A stretch of DNA of 26,375 nucleotides from a virus (lineage: Duplodnaviria; Caudoviricetes), in the IMG/VR virus record IMGVR_UViG_3300010052_000145, positions 1-26,375 of that record, one strand, 5' to 3'. Shown here piece by piece: positions 8,324-15,878 of the stretch; within the stretch, counting starts at the first letter, position 1; every line of letters begins with the position of its first letter. The position numbers and the translations under genes were made by a program. The notes under the pieces were generated by a model that was not told the origin of the DNA, searched no databases, and worked only from the letters and a program-made list of their open reading frames with translations.

Positions 8324-8760
8324 CACGCGCGGCCCTCCGCGCGGGCGGAGTGGCGCACTCGGTTCGTGATTCTGCTGTGTTCGGAGTGGGAAACGACCTG
8401 CAGGTTCTCTAGCCGGTTGTCCGTCTTGTCTCCGTTGATGTGGTGGACGTCTTCGTCCGGTAGCAGCATGCGGCCCAACGCCGCTTCCACGATGAGCCGA
8501 TGCTTCTTGACGTGCTTCTGCGAGCCGCCAATCCAGATCCGCCCGACGACGTAGCCCTTCTGGTCCACCCACCAAGTCGACGGCTTACGGTTCTGACCGC
8601 CGTTCTTCGACCACATGCACGGCCTTGAGCAGAAGCGGCTGGAGGCGCGTAGTGGCCGGAAGGTGGCCGAGCAAGCCGCGCACGCGCGGTCCGCGAGCAC
8701 GCGATTCCTGCGGCCCCACGTATCAGTGAGAGGCGCCATCGGGCGATCAGCGCGGGGCAT
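8323..8760 (-). CDS. HNH endonuclease with N-terminal Zn-binding motif (145 aa)
   Basis: CAAC...FCSRPC; KHRLIVE...DVHHINGDKTDNRLENL...H. Confidence 0.9.
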   Translation of the reverse strand: MPRADRPMAPLTDTWGRRNRVLADRACAACSATFRPLRASSRFCSRPCMWSKNGGQNRKPSTWWVDQKGYVVGRIWIGGSQKHVKKHRLIVEAALGRMLLPDEDVHHINGDKTDNRLENLQVVSHSEHSRITNRVRHSARAEGRA

Positions 8761-8986
8761 GGATCGCCTCCACGATGGCGCGGGCCTCTACATCACCTTC
8801 GGCAGCGCGCTTGGCGGCGAAGTCGTAGAGCGTTGGTCCGGCGGCGATCAGGCGGGCGTTCTGCGCTCCGTGGACCGAGGCGCGGCTATAGACGACAGCG
8901 ACGTTCTCGCCATTGGGGCCGACAATCCACGACCCGTGCCCAATACCGCCGGCATCGGCCCACGGCCCCGGGGTTGGCTCAGACAT
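8747..8986 (-). CDS. Small phage protein, TPGPW...NARLIAA family (79 aa)
   Basis: PTPGPW and NARLIAAGP motifs; SD GGAGG. Confidence 0.75.
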   Translation of the reverse strand: MSEPTPGPWADAGGIGHGSWIVGPNGENVAVVYSRASVHGAQNARLIAAGPTLYDFAAKRAAEGDVEARAIVEAIHAPR

Positions 8987-9398
8987 GGCGCGCCTCCAGG
9001 CCCCGCTTGATGAAGAGGCTATGGCGCTCGCCACGCGACGTGCGGCCATGCGCTTCGCGGTCGGCGGCGTTCTCGGCGCGGGTCCCCCAAGTCAGGTTGG
9101 CCGCGCGGTTGTCCGTCTTGATCCCGTTCAGATGGCGCACTTCATGCGCGGCGCTCGGGCGAGGGGGCAGGTATGTCGCTGCGACCAAGCGATGGGCCGC
9201 CAGCCTTGTGCGCTTGCCGGAAACCGTCAGGCGGACAGACGGATAGCCGTGGTCATCCGGTTGTTGCGCCATCTCGCGCCGCCCATAGCCGCGCCAGTTG
9301 TGGCCGACTGAGAACACGCGGCCATCTTTTGTGACCTCGTATCCCGCCGTGTGCTGCGGCCCGCTCTCGGCTGCTGTGGTGCTGGTGCTCTCGGGCAT
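8979..9398 (-). CDS. NUMOD4-like/HNH homing endonuclease (139 aa)
   Basis: YEVTKDGRVFS, GYPSVRL, AHRLVA, VRHLNGIKTDNRAANL...N; SD GGGAGG. Confidence 0.9.
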   Translation of the reverse strand: MPESTSTTAAESGPQHTAGYEVTKDGRVFSVGHNWRGYGRREMAQQPDDHGYPSVRLTVSGKRTRLAAHRLVAATYLPPRPSAAHEVRHLNGIKTDNRAANLTWGTRAENAADREAHGRTSRGERHSLFIKRGLEARHV

Positions 9399-9422
9399 CT
9401 CGGCCTCCCTGTGGGTGGCCGA

Positions 9423-9474
9423 AAGGTGACTGAAACTCACATGAGGGTCAAGAGAAAAAGTGAGCCAAAGTCAC
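9423..9474 (-). promoter_or_regulatory. PL-like early promoter with two operators
   Basis: -35 TTGACC (9451-9446). Operators GTGACTGAAACTCAC (9426-9440) and GTGAGCCAAAGTCAC (9460-9474) flank it. Confidence 0.75.
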
Positions 9475-9635
9475 CTGCGGTTCAGCCCGCGCTCAGATCC
9501 CCACAAGAACGCGTGAGGCCGGCGTCGCCGAAGCGGATCTGGCGCGAGGTTGCGACTATCGACTCGTCATCGCTCGCAGGTTGCGTTAGCGTTGACGAAT
9601 GTATTTAGAATGGAGTCGAAATGGGGAAACAGTCC

Positions 9636-9676
9636 TAGACGCCCGCGGGTTGCGGTATTATGTTCCTATTTCGCTC
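9636..9676 (+). promoter_or_regulatory. Putative sigma70 promoter overlapped by an alphaproteobacterial LexA-like box, antisense to the repressor
   Basis: TAGACG(9636-41)-N17-TATGTT(9659-64). GTTC-CTATTTC-GCTC (9662-9676) differs by one base from GTTC-N7-GTTC. Confidence 0.55.
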
Positions 9677-9696
9677 AGTTGCTCGGGAGGCGCCTG

Positions 9697-9948
9697 GTGG
9701 GTAATCAGCAATCGTTAGGCCGCCTCATCCCCTTTCCGGACAGCAGATCCCAAAGCGCCGTTGGAGAGCCGCTTCAGGAACGCCTCAACGATGGCGCGGT
9801 CCTCGGGAGGTATCCGCTCGAAGAGTGTGAGAAGTGTCCGCTTGTCCGCATCTTCGGCGACATCCTCGCCATGCGCGCCAGGTTCGCGGGTGGACCAGCC
9901 GAGCAGGTAGTTCGGGCTGGTCCTGTAGTGGTGGGCAATGGCGATTAG
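9697..9948 (+). CDS. Putative antisense-overlapping ORF (83 aa), candidate antirepressor
   Basis: SD GGGAGG (9685-90) 6 nt before GTG, directly after the putative SOS promoter. It is in register with cI, so it could be a shadow frame. Confidence 0.3.
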   Translation: MGNQQSLGRLIPFPDSRSQSAVGEPLQERLNDGAVLGRYPLEECEKCPLVRIFGDILAMRARFAGGPAEQVVRAGPVVVGNGD

Positions 9949-10098
9949 CGTCTCGATACTCGGGTTGACATCGCCCGTCTCTAGCTTCGAGACATAGGTG
10001 CGGCTGCGGCCGATCGCGACCGCTAGGTCAACCTGATCCTCGCCGGCGGCCTCCCGCAATTCGCGGACGCGGCCCGGCACCAGAACATGCTCGGTCAT
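9715..10098 (-). CDS. cI: CI-like XRE-family repressor without S24 peptidase domain (127 aa)
   Basis: RVRELREAAGEDQVDLAVAIGRSRTYVSKLETGDVNPSIETL...NYLLG HTH; short helical C-terminus; divergent from cro. Confidence 0.88.
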   Translation of the reverse strand: MTEHVLVPGRVRELREAAGEDQVDLAVAIGRSRTYVSKLETGDVNPSIETLIAIAHHYRTSPNYLLGWSTREPGAHGEDVAEDADKRTLLTLFERIPPEDRAIVEAFLKRLSNGALGSAVRKGDEAA

Positions 10099-10107
10099 GC
10101 AGGCTAT

Positions 10108-10183
10108 GTGACACAAACTCACCACGCGTGAGTGAGCTAAAGGCACATTCGCGCTTGACCCGTGAGGTGATTTTGGCTCACAT
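10108..10183. promoter_or_regulatory. OR-like switch: three operators and PR promoter
   Basis: GTGACACAAACTCAC (10108-22), GTGAGCTAAAGGCAC (10132-46), GTGATTTTGGCTCAC (10167-81); -35 TTGACC at 10155-60. Confidence 0.8.
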
Positions 10184-10189
10184 AGGCGC

Positions 10190-10426
10190 ATGGATCTGGA
10201 ACGAGTGTTTCGCGAGGCTGGGGGGGTAACGCGCATCGCGCGTCACTTCGGTATTCACCACAGCGCCGTCTGCCAGTGGCGGGTGCGTGGAGAGATCCCC
10301 GCTGAGCGCGTGCCCGAGATCGCCCGTCTCTCCGGCGTCCCGCGCCACGAGCTGCGCCCGGATCTGTGGGAAGCGCCTGCCGGCGCCGATGTGGCCCCTC
10401 TCCATGCCCCGGAGCATCACCCATGA
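10190..10426 (+). CDS. cro: Cro/YdaS-family HTH protein (78 aa)
   Basis: GGVTRIARHFGIHHSAVCQW...IPAER...ELRPDLW signature. Confidence 0.9.
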   Translation: MDLERVFREAGGVTRIARHFGIHHSAVCQWRVRGEIPAERVPEIARLSGVPRHELRPDLWEAPAGADVAPLHAPEHHP

Positions 10427-10809
10427 GCGCGCCCGCGTCTTGGGACAATGCGTCCCATAAGGTCGCCGTTCTCGCGGCCATCCGCGCCTACGTCCGCGCG
10501 CACGGCAAGAAGCGCGGCCTCGCGCTCGCCGCCGAGGCCATCGGCATGGGGGAGCGTGCATGTCGGCACGCATACGACGGGGGCGACTTCGCCGCCGATG
10601 AGGAGCGCGCGCACCGCGCCGATGTCGCCCGGCTCGATCTCCTGCTGGCGGAGATCAACAAGCTGCACGCCGAGGCCGCCAGCATCACACCAAGGGGGCT
10701 CAGTCTTGCTTACATGGCTCGGGCGGTTGCTGACCGCGGCAGGGGAATGGTGCGCGCAGCGCGCGAAAAGCTGCTTCGCCCAGGCAAGGCGGGGCAGGTG
10801 ACCCCATGA
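10423..10809 (+). CDS. Putative HTH regulator in the CII position (128 aa)
   Basis: ATGA coupling to cro; HTH-like segment LAAEAIGMGERACRHAY. Confidence 0.6.
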   Translation: MSAPASWDNASHKVAVLAAIRAYVRAHGKKRGLALAAEAIGMGERACRHAYDGGDFAADEERAHRADVARLDLLLAEINKLHAEAASITPRGLSLAYMARAVADRGRGMVRAAREKLLRPGKAGQVTP

Positions 10810-11090
10810 GTTCCGCGCCGTTCCTTCCTGCGGCGCGCGACGGCGGCGGGGACGCGACACTCTCCCACGCGATCCCCGCCGCCAACCAGACCCCGAGCGC
10901 CGGCGGGCACTGCACCGGCGCGTTCCTGGACGTTTCCTCCCAAACTTCCGCGGCGGTCAGCGATGGCCGCCGCGGGCTTTTCTTGGCGGTGGCGAGATGT
11001 CCTGCGTGCCAGGACGACTTCCTGCCCCGGAAAGCCGGCGAGGTGCGGTGCGTCCACTGCGCGCGCAAGCAGCGGCGGAGGTGGGCATGA
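10806..11090 (+). CDS. Hypothetical protein with C-terminal zinc ribbon (94 aa)
   Basis: CPAC...CVHC; ATGA coupling at both ends. Confidence 0.55.
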   Translation: MSSAPFLPAARDGGGDATLSHAIPAANQTPSAGGHCTGAFLDVSSQTSAAVSDGRRGLFLAVARCPACQDDFLPRKAGEVRCVHCARKQRRRWA

Positions 11091-11437
11091 CCCCCCGTGA
11101 GCAGCATATCGCGCGCCTCTATTCGCTCGGGTTCCAGGCGACCGAGATCGCCCGGCAGCTCGGCATCTCAACGCGCACCGTCTACTGCCATGCCTATCGC
11201 GCGCGCCGGAAGAATGGAGCGGTGCCGAAGCTGGCGCTTGGCGCACCTGCGCGACGCGTGGACTACTTCACCTACGCCAACGATTTTCGCGCCGGCCTGA
11301 CGGTCACCGCGATCGCGGCCAAGCATGGCGTCTGGCCGTCCACGGTCTCGCGCGCGCTGCGCATCCTGCGGGATGCCGGGGCGACGCTTGCCGCGCCCCA
11401 GGTCGGCGGCGATCGCCGAAGCGGGGCGTCAGCATGA
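11087..11437 (+). CDS. Tandem-HTH DNA-binding protein, LuxR/sigma region 4-like (116 aa)
   Basis: TPREQHIARLYSLGFQATEIARQLGISTRTVYCH and GLTVTAIAAKHGVWPSTVSRAL. Confidence 0.8.
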   Translation: MTPREQHIARLYSLGFQATEIARQLGISTRTVYCHAYRARRKNGAVPKLALGAPARRVDYFTYANDFRAGLTVTAIAAKHGVWPSTVSRALRILRDAGATLAAPQVGGDRRSGASA

Positions 11438-11634
11438 CCGCCCCCATGCTCGTCATCCTCTCCTTCCTCCTCTTCCGCGCCGACTCCGACGCGCTCGACG
11501 CGGCCGAGCACGGCACCGTCACCGCGCGCTCGTGCGAACAGGCCGAGGCCTGGATCCGCGGCGCGCTGCGGCCGGGGCAGGAACTGCTCATCCACGGCTG
11601 CGGGCCGGTCTCGGTGGGGGTGGCAAGCCGATGA
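11434..11634 (+). CDS. Hypothetical protein (66 aa)
   Basis: ATGA coupling at both ends; hydrophobic N-terminus and two Cys. Confidence 0.55.
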   Translation: MTAPMLVILSFLLFRADSDALDAAEHGTVTARSCEQAEAWIRGALRPGQELLIHGCGPVSVGVASR

Positions 11635-12071
11635 GCAACGTGGCCCTCCTGCTCGGCGACGAGCCGCTCGACACCGCGATCCCGAGCCGCCGGCGCGCGC
11701 CGAAGCGCCGCACGCTGAAGGTCAGCGAGGGCACCGTCGTGAACGCGATCAAGTCGCGCCTCGCCCTCTACGGCTGCTTGGTCCAGGCCAACCCGAACGA
11801 GGCGCGCTCTGCCGCCGCGGGACGCGGCATGAAGATCCGCAACACGATCCTCGGCTTCCCGGATCTGACGGTGATCGGGCCCGATGGCCGCACCGCCTAT
11901 CTCGAGGTGAAGGCGCCCGGCGCAAAGCCGAAGAACGAGCACGACCGCGCTCACTGGCAGCGCCAGGCCGACACCCGCGCGACGCTGGCCCGCATGGGGC
12001 ACGTCACCGCCATGGTCCGCGATCAGGACGAGGCATGCGCTGTGCTGCGGGCAGCGGGGTGGCGCGTATGA
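11631..12071 (+). CDS. VRR-NUC-type PD-(D/E)xK nuclease, putative Holliday junction resolvase (146 aa)
   Basis: SE..V...I...L, GFPDL...YLEVK...Q...G motif. Confidence 0.85.
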   Translation: MSNVALLLGDEPLDTAIPSRRRAPKRRTLKVSEGTVVNAIKSRLALYGCLVQANPNEARSAAAGRGMKIRNTILGFPDLTVIGPDGRTAYLEVKAPGAKPKNEHDRAHWQRQADTRATLARMGHVTAMVRDQDEACAVLRAAGWRV

Positions 12072-12292
12072 AGCTCCCCGGCCTCAACTCCATGGACGTC
12101 TGCACCATGCTGCAGGCCGCCTGCCGCGCCGCTGGCGGACAGAAGGTCTGGGCAGATCGCCACGGCATCTCGCAGTCCTATGTCAGCGACGTGCTCAACG
12201 CCCGGCGCGAGCCCGGCGAATCCATCCTGCGCGCGCTGAAGCTGCGGAAGGTTGTCCGATACGTCGAAGTGCGTAGCGGGGAGGGCTCATGA
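12068..12292 (+). CDS. Small XRE-like HTH protein (74 aa)
   Basis: GGQKVWADRHGISQSYVSDVLNARREPGESIL. Confidence 0.8.
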   Translation: MKLPGLNSMDVCTMLQAACRAAGGQKVWADRHGISQSYVSDVLNARREPGESILRALKLRKVVRYVEVRSGEGS

Positions 12293-12477
12293 CCCACGCG
12301 CGCTTCGTCTCCGACCGGCAGGAGCTGCTCGCGACCCTCCGCGACTGGCTCGCGCGCGGCGCCGCCATCGCCGACGTGCGCGAGGAAGTCGCCGGCACGG
12401 TCTCGGCGATGAACCAGCTCGTGCGGCTGGCGGAGATGGACCGCGCGGCGCGCCCGCACCGGGAGGCCGCGGAGTGA
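12289..12477 (+). CDS. Hypothetical protein (62 aa)
   Basis: SD GGAGG; coupled at both ends. Confidence 0.6.
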   Translation: MTHARFVSDRQELLATLRDWLARGAAIADVREEVAGTVSAMNQLVRLAEMDRAARPHREAAE

Positions 12478-14498
12478 GCCTCGCCGAAACCGCCGCCTTC
12501 CTTGCGCAGCAATGGCCGGTCTTCGCCTGCGGCGCCGACAAGCGGCCGGTTACGGAGCATGGCTTCAAGGACGCCTCGCGCGACACCGACGCCGTGCGCA
12601 CCATGTTCCGCCGCCCCGGCGCGGCCCTGATCGGCGTCCCGACTGGCGAGGCGTCCGACCTGGCCGTGATCGACCTCGATGTGAAGGACGGTGCTTCCGG
12701 CCTGGAATGGCTGGCCGCCAACGAGCACCGCCTGCCGGCGACGCGGCGCCACCGCACGCGCTCCGGAGGGCTGCACCTCCTGTTCCGCTATCCCGCCGGC
12801 CGGCGCGTGCGCAACAGCGCGTCCAAGATTGCGCCCGGCGTCGATGTGCGCGGAGAGGGTGGCTACATCATCGCCCCGCCGTCCGACGGCTACGCGATCG
12901 CGGACGACGCCATGCCGGTCGCGATGCCGGCTTGGCTCGTGGACCTGCTGGACCCGCCCGCGCCGCCGCCGGCTGCCCGTCCAAGCGTCTCTCGCGAGTG
13001 GCGCGACACCTCTGCCGCCGGCTCGCGCTATGGCCTGGCCGCGCTCTCCGACGAATCCGACGCCATCTGCAACGCGCCGTTCGGCCGGCAGGAGATGACG
13101 CTCAACGAGGCTGGCCTGAAGATCGGGGCGCTGATCGCTGGCGGCGAGTTGGAGGCCGGCTTCGCCCGGGAGACCCTGATCCGCGCCGGCATGGCGATGG
13201 CGTCCGAGCCGGGCAAGCCCGCCTGGGTGCCGGAGGAAATCCGCAAGAAGGTCGAGCGCGCGATCGCTGATGGCAGCCGCAGCCCGCGGCAGGCGCCGGA
13301 GCGGCCGCAGCTCATCCGGCGCGTCACTGAGGAGTTCGCCCCGCCGGAGCCGCCGCCCCACGACGAGCCGCCCGCGCATTGGGACTACGAGCCCGACATC
13401 AGCGCGGACATGCACCGCCCGGCGGCGACCGATGAGCCCAAGGCGCCGTCGATCTTCCCGACGCTCAGCCTGGACGAAATCGAGGGGCTTCCGCCTCCGA
13501 CTTGGCTGATCGAAGGCCTGCTGGTCGAGGCGAGCAACGCCAGCCTGATCGCACCGCCGAAGTCGCTGAAGTCGTTCGTCGCGCTCGATTGGGCGCTGCA
13601 CATCGCCTATGGCCTGCCGTGGCAGGGGCGCCCCGTGAAGCAGGGCGGCGTGCTCTACATCGCCGGCGAGGGCGTTGGCGGCATGGGCCGGCGCATCAAG
13701 GCCTGGCGCGCCTTTCATGGCGTCGAAGACCGCAACGCCCCGTTCCGGCTGCTGGCCGTGCCCTTCCGCATCATGCAGGCCGATCACGTCAAGAAGGTGA
13801 TCCGCACCGCGCTGGCGATCGCCGAAGCCGACGGCATGCGCATCGTCCTGGCCGTCAACGACACGCTGGCCCGCAGCATGGCCGGCGCCGACGAGAACAG
13901 CGCGCAGGACATGGGCGTTGCGGTCGGCGGCATGGACGAGATCCGCACCGAGGTCGGTTGCGCGATCCTGACGGTGCATCACACCGGCAAGGACAAGGAC
14001 CGCGGCGCGCGGGGCAGTTCGGCGCTGCTCGGCGCTGTGGACACAGAAATCACGGTCGAGCGGCAAGACGCCACGCTGACCATCCAAGTCACAGCACAGA
14101 AGGATGCAGAGGAAGGCGATGCGATAGTCATCAAAGCCCGCAAGGTCGGCATGGACGGAGGCGAGCCCGGGGAAGGCGCGCAGACATCGCTGGTGCTGGT
14201 GGAGCTGGGTGCGGGCGAAGTCCCGGCCCAGCGGCCGTCCGGGCGATTGTCTGGCGATCAGGAGACGGCGCTTCGCATCCTCCATGATGCCCTGGCCTCG
14301 CACGGTGAGCCCGATCATCACGGCTGCCCGCCCGGCCTCCGGAGCATCCCGGACGGCTGGTGGCGCGAGCGCTTCTACGAGCGCGCGAAGCCTGGCGCCG
14401 ATCAGGACACGAAGCAGAAGGCGTTCCGCCGCGCTTCCGATGCCCTCCTGAAGGCGAACGTCATCGGCATGAACAGGGGGCGGGTATGGGTCATCTGA
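12474..14498 (+). CDS. Bifunctional primase-polymerase fused to an AAA_25/RepA-type helicase (674 aa)
   Basis: Prim-Pol motifs VFAC, VIDLD, TRSGGLHL and DVRGEGGYIIAPPS; Pro-rich linker; P-loop APPKSLKS, LYIAGEG, NDTLARS, DENS, VHHTGKD...RGSSAL; GTGA start. Confidence 0.92.
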   Translation: MSLAETAAFLAQQWPVFACGADKRPVTEHGFKDASRDTDAVRTMFRRPGAALIGVPTGEASDLAVIDLDVKDGASGLEWLAANEHRLPATRRHRTRSGGLHLLFRYPAGRRVRNSASKIAPGVDVRGEGGYIIAPPSDGYAIADDAMPVAMPAWLVDLLDPPAPPPAARPSVSREWRDTSAAGSRYGLAALSDESDAICNAPFGRQEMTLNEAGLKIGALIAGGELEAGFARETLIRAGMAMASEPGKPAWVPEEIRKKVERAIADGSRSPRQAPERPQLIRRVTEEFAPPEPPPHDEPPAHWDYEPDISADMHRPAATDEPKAPSIFPTLSLDEIEGLPPPTWLIEGLLVEASNASLIAPPKSLKSFVALDWALHIAYGLPWQGRPVKQGGVLYIAGEGVGGMGRRIKAWRAFHGVEDRNAPFRLLAVPFRIMQADHVKKVIRTALAIAEADGMRIVLAVNDTLARSMAGADENSAQDMGVAVGGMDEIRTEVGCAILTVHHTGKDKDRGARGSSALLGAVDTEITVERQDATLTIQVTAQKDAEEGDAIVIKARKVGMDGGEPGEGAQTSLVLVELGAGEVPAQRPSGRLSGDQETALRILHDALASHGEPDHHGCPPGLRSIPDGWWRERFYERAKPGADQDTKQKAFRRASDALLKANVIGMNRGRVWVI

Positions 14499-14500
14499 GG

Positions 14501-14625
14501 GCCGGACAAAGCCGGACAAACCCAGACATGTCCGGTTCTGTCCGGCCGGACATCCAGCCGGACATCACGGGGTTTCCCCCTTTAGGGGGAACCCGGAATG
14601 TCCGGGTGTCCCTGTCCGGTCCGGA
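14501..14625. repeat. CCGGACA/TGTCCGG repeat cluster with central palindrome, putative replication origin
   Basis: Eight exact heptamers in both orientations plus variants, around GGGTTTCCCCCT-TT-AGGGGGAACCC (14570-14594), directly after the primase-helicase stop. Confidence 0.7.
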
Positions 14626-14833
14626 TGCGTCCCCCGAGCAGTCAGCGCCCCGCCTGTCCCGCGCCGCCCGGGCCGCGGTGTGGGCAGCGCACGAAGCGCG
14701 ATGGACCGCCTGGCACCAGGCCGGAGCCGTGGGCGACGCGCCGCAGATCGACGAGATTCCAGGCGGCACGCAGGCACTCGACCACGCGTTCGCCGCCTGC
14801 ATGCGCTCGGGGCAGCGGGAGCGGTGGCGGTGA
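14528..14833 (+). CDS. Hypothetical protein, start uncertain
   Basis: Stop is GTGA-coupled to the next gene; the 5' part overlaps the repeat cluster. Confidence 0.35.
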   Translation: MSGSVRPDIQPDITGFPPLGGTRNVRVSLSGPDASPEQSAPRLSRAARAAVWAAHEARWTAWHQAGAVGDAPQIDEIPGGTQALDHAFAACMRSGQRERWR

Positions 14834-15192
14834 GCGAGATCTACGGCCCCTGGCTTTCAGCCAGCGACATCCGCACGCGGTTCCGTTTCCCGGGCGGGAG
14901 CATGACCGTGCTGCCAGAGTTCAAGCTGACCATGCTGGACGGGAAGCAATACCGCTTCGACTGGCACAGCTACCTCGGCCCGACGTTCCTCCGCAAAGAC
15001 GGCGAGCCGCTCGCTCGATATCCGAGCGAGCGCAACCCGATGTGGAAGGCGTTCAGCGCATGGGAGCGGCAGGGGAAGCGCGTGGACATGGAGGGCAATT
15101 GCGTGTGGCAGCCCGAGCCGCCGGAGCCAGAGCCGATCCTGCGTCACATCAAGGGGCGGCACTTCGAGGTCATCGGATGGGCCGCCGCATGA
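14830..15192 (+). CDS. Hypothetical phage protein (120 aa)
   Basis: GTGA start; FDWHSYLGPTFLRKDGEP...P...W motif; protein-like composition. Confidence 0.7.
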   Translation: MSEIYGPWLSASDIRTRFRFPGGSMTVLPEFKLTMLDGKQYRFDWHSYLGPTFLRKDGEPLARYPSERNPMWKAFSAWERQGKRVDMEGNCVWQPEPPEPEPILRHIKGRHFEVIGWAAA

Positions 15193-15223
15193 CCCCCGCC
15201 GCGCTCGCCGCCATCCGCTATGC

Positions 15224-15258
15224 GGTATCCCCGCGAGGCGGGGAACTGGTTGGATACC
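15224..15258 (-). terminator. Hairpin at the 3' end of the inverted cassette
   Basis: TCCCCGC-GAG-GCGGGGA stem, plus GGTATCC...GGATACC inverted repeat; no clear U tract. Confidence 0.3.
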
Positions 15259-15260
15259 CG

Positions 15261-15866
15261 TCAGCCCGGCTCCGTGTCCAGCGCATCCAACGTGGCGAGC
15301 CAGCGGCGCAACTGCCCTCGACGATTGCCGGCGACCGCGGCCGCACGCCGTCGCAGGTCGGCGAGGACTGCATCGGACGGCGCATCGCCGCGCGTGCCGG
15401 ACGCCCATCGCTGCGCGGTGCGCAGATCGACCTCCAGCAGCCGCGCGGTCGGCGCCACCCATTCCGGACCGAACAGCGCCTCCCCGATCCGGGCGAGTTC
15501 CTGGCGGCGCTCGTAGCGCGCCGCCTCCTCGGCGCGGGCCAGATGCTGCACGAACCGATCGTCGCCCAGGCGCTCCGCGATCTCTCGTGCCGCGCCGCGG
15601 GGGGTGTAGGAGAGTTGCCCGTCCTCGCCGGGGCTCCGGGCCACCCAGATCGGGTAGCCCTTCTGGGACAGCCGCACCGCGTCGTGGCCGCGCAGGGCCG
15701 CCAGGGCCATCCGGGCGAGCATCGCGCGGCGCAACTCGGCCCAATCCGCGGCACCGGCTGGAATCGGCATCGCCTCAGCGATCGCCTGGGCCCGCTCGGC
15801 CTCGCTCGGCACTCGCTCCGCGTCGAGGCGGGCCGCTGCGTCGCGCAGCCAGTTGGGGGATTTCAT
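15261..15866 (-). CDS. Protein with C-terminal HTH domain (201 aa)
   Basis: SD GAGGAGGG; HTH GEALFGPEWVAPTARLLEVDLRTAQRWASG. Confidence 0.75.
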   Translation of the reverse strand: MKSPNWLRDAAARLDAERVPSEAERAQAIAEAMPIPAGAADWAELRRAMLARMALAALRGHDAVRLSQKGYPIWVARSPGEDGQLSYTPRGAAREIAERLGDDRFVQHLARAEEAARYERRQELARIGEALFGPEWVAPTARLLEVDLRTAQRWASGTRGDAPSDAVLADLRRRAAAVAGNRRGQLRRWLATLDALDTEPG

Positions 15867-15878
15867 GCCGCCCTCCTC

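Noticed and set aside
8323-9398. Group I intron hosting the HNH genes
   Set aside because: The genes are coupled directly to their neighbours, leaving no room for an intron core and no split host gene.
9480-9660. Minus-strand gene downstream of cI
   Set aside because: Only very short frames, or frames without a start codon or SD.
12195-14519. 774-aa minus-strand ORF
   Set aside because: In-register antisense shadow of the primase-helicase, with no recognisable motifs.
14501-14625. CRISPR array
   Set aside because: Repeats are only 7 nt, occur in both orientations and lack regular spacers; no cas genes.
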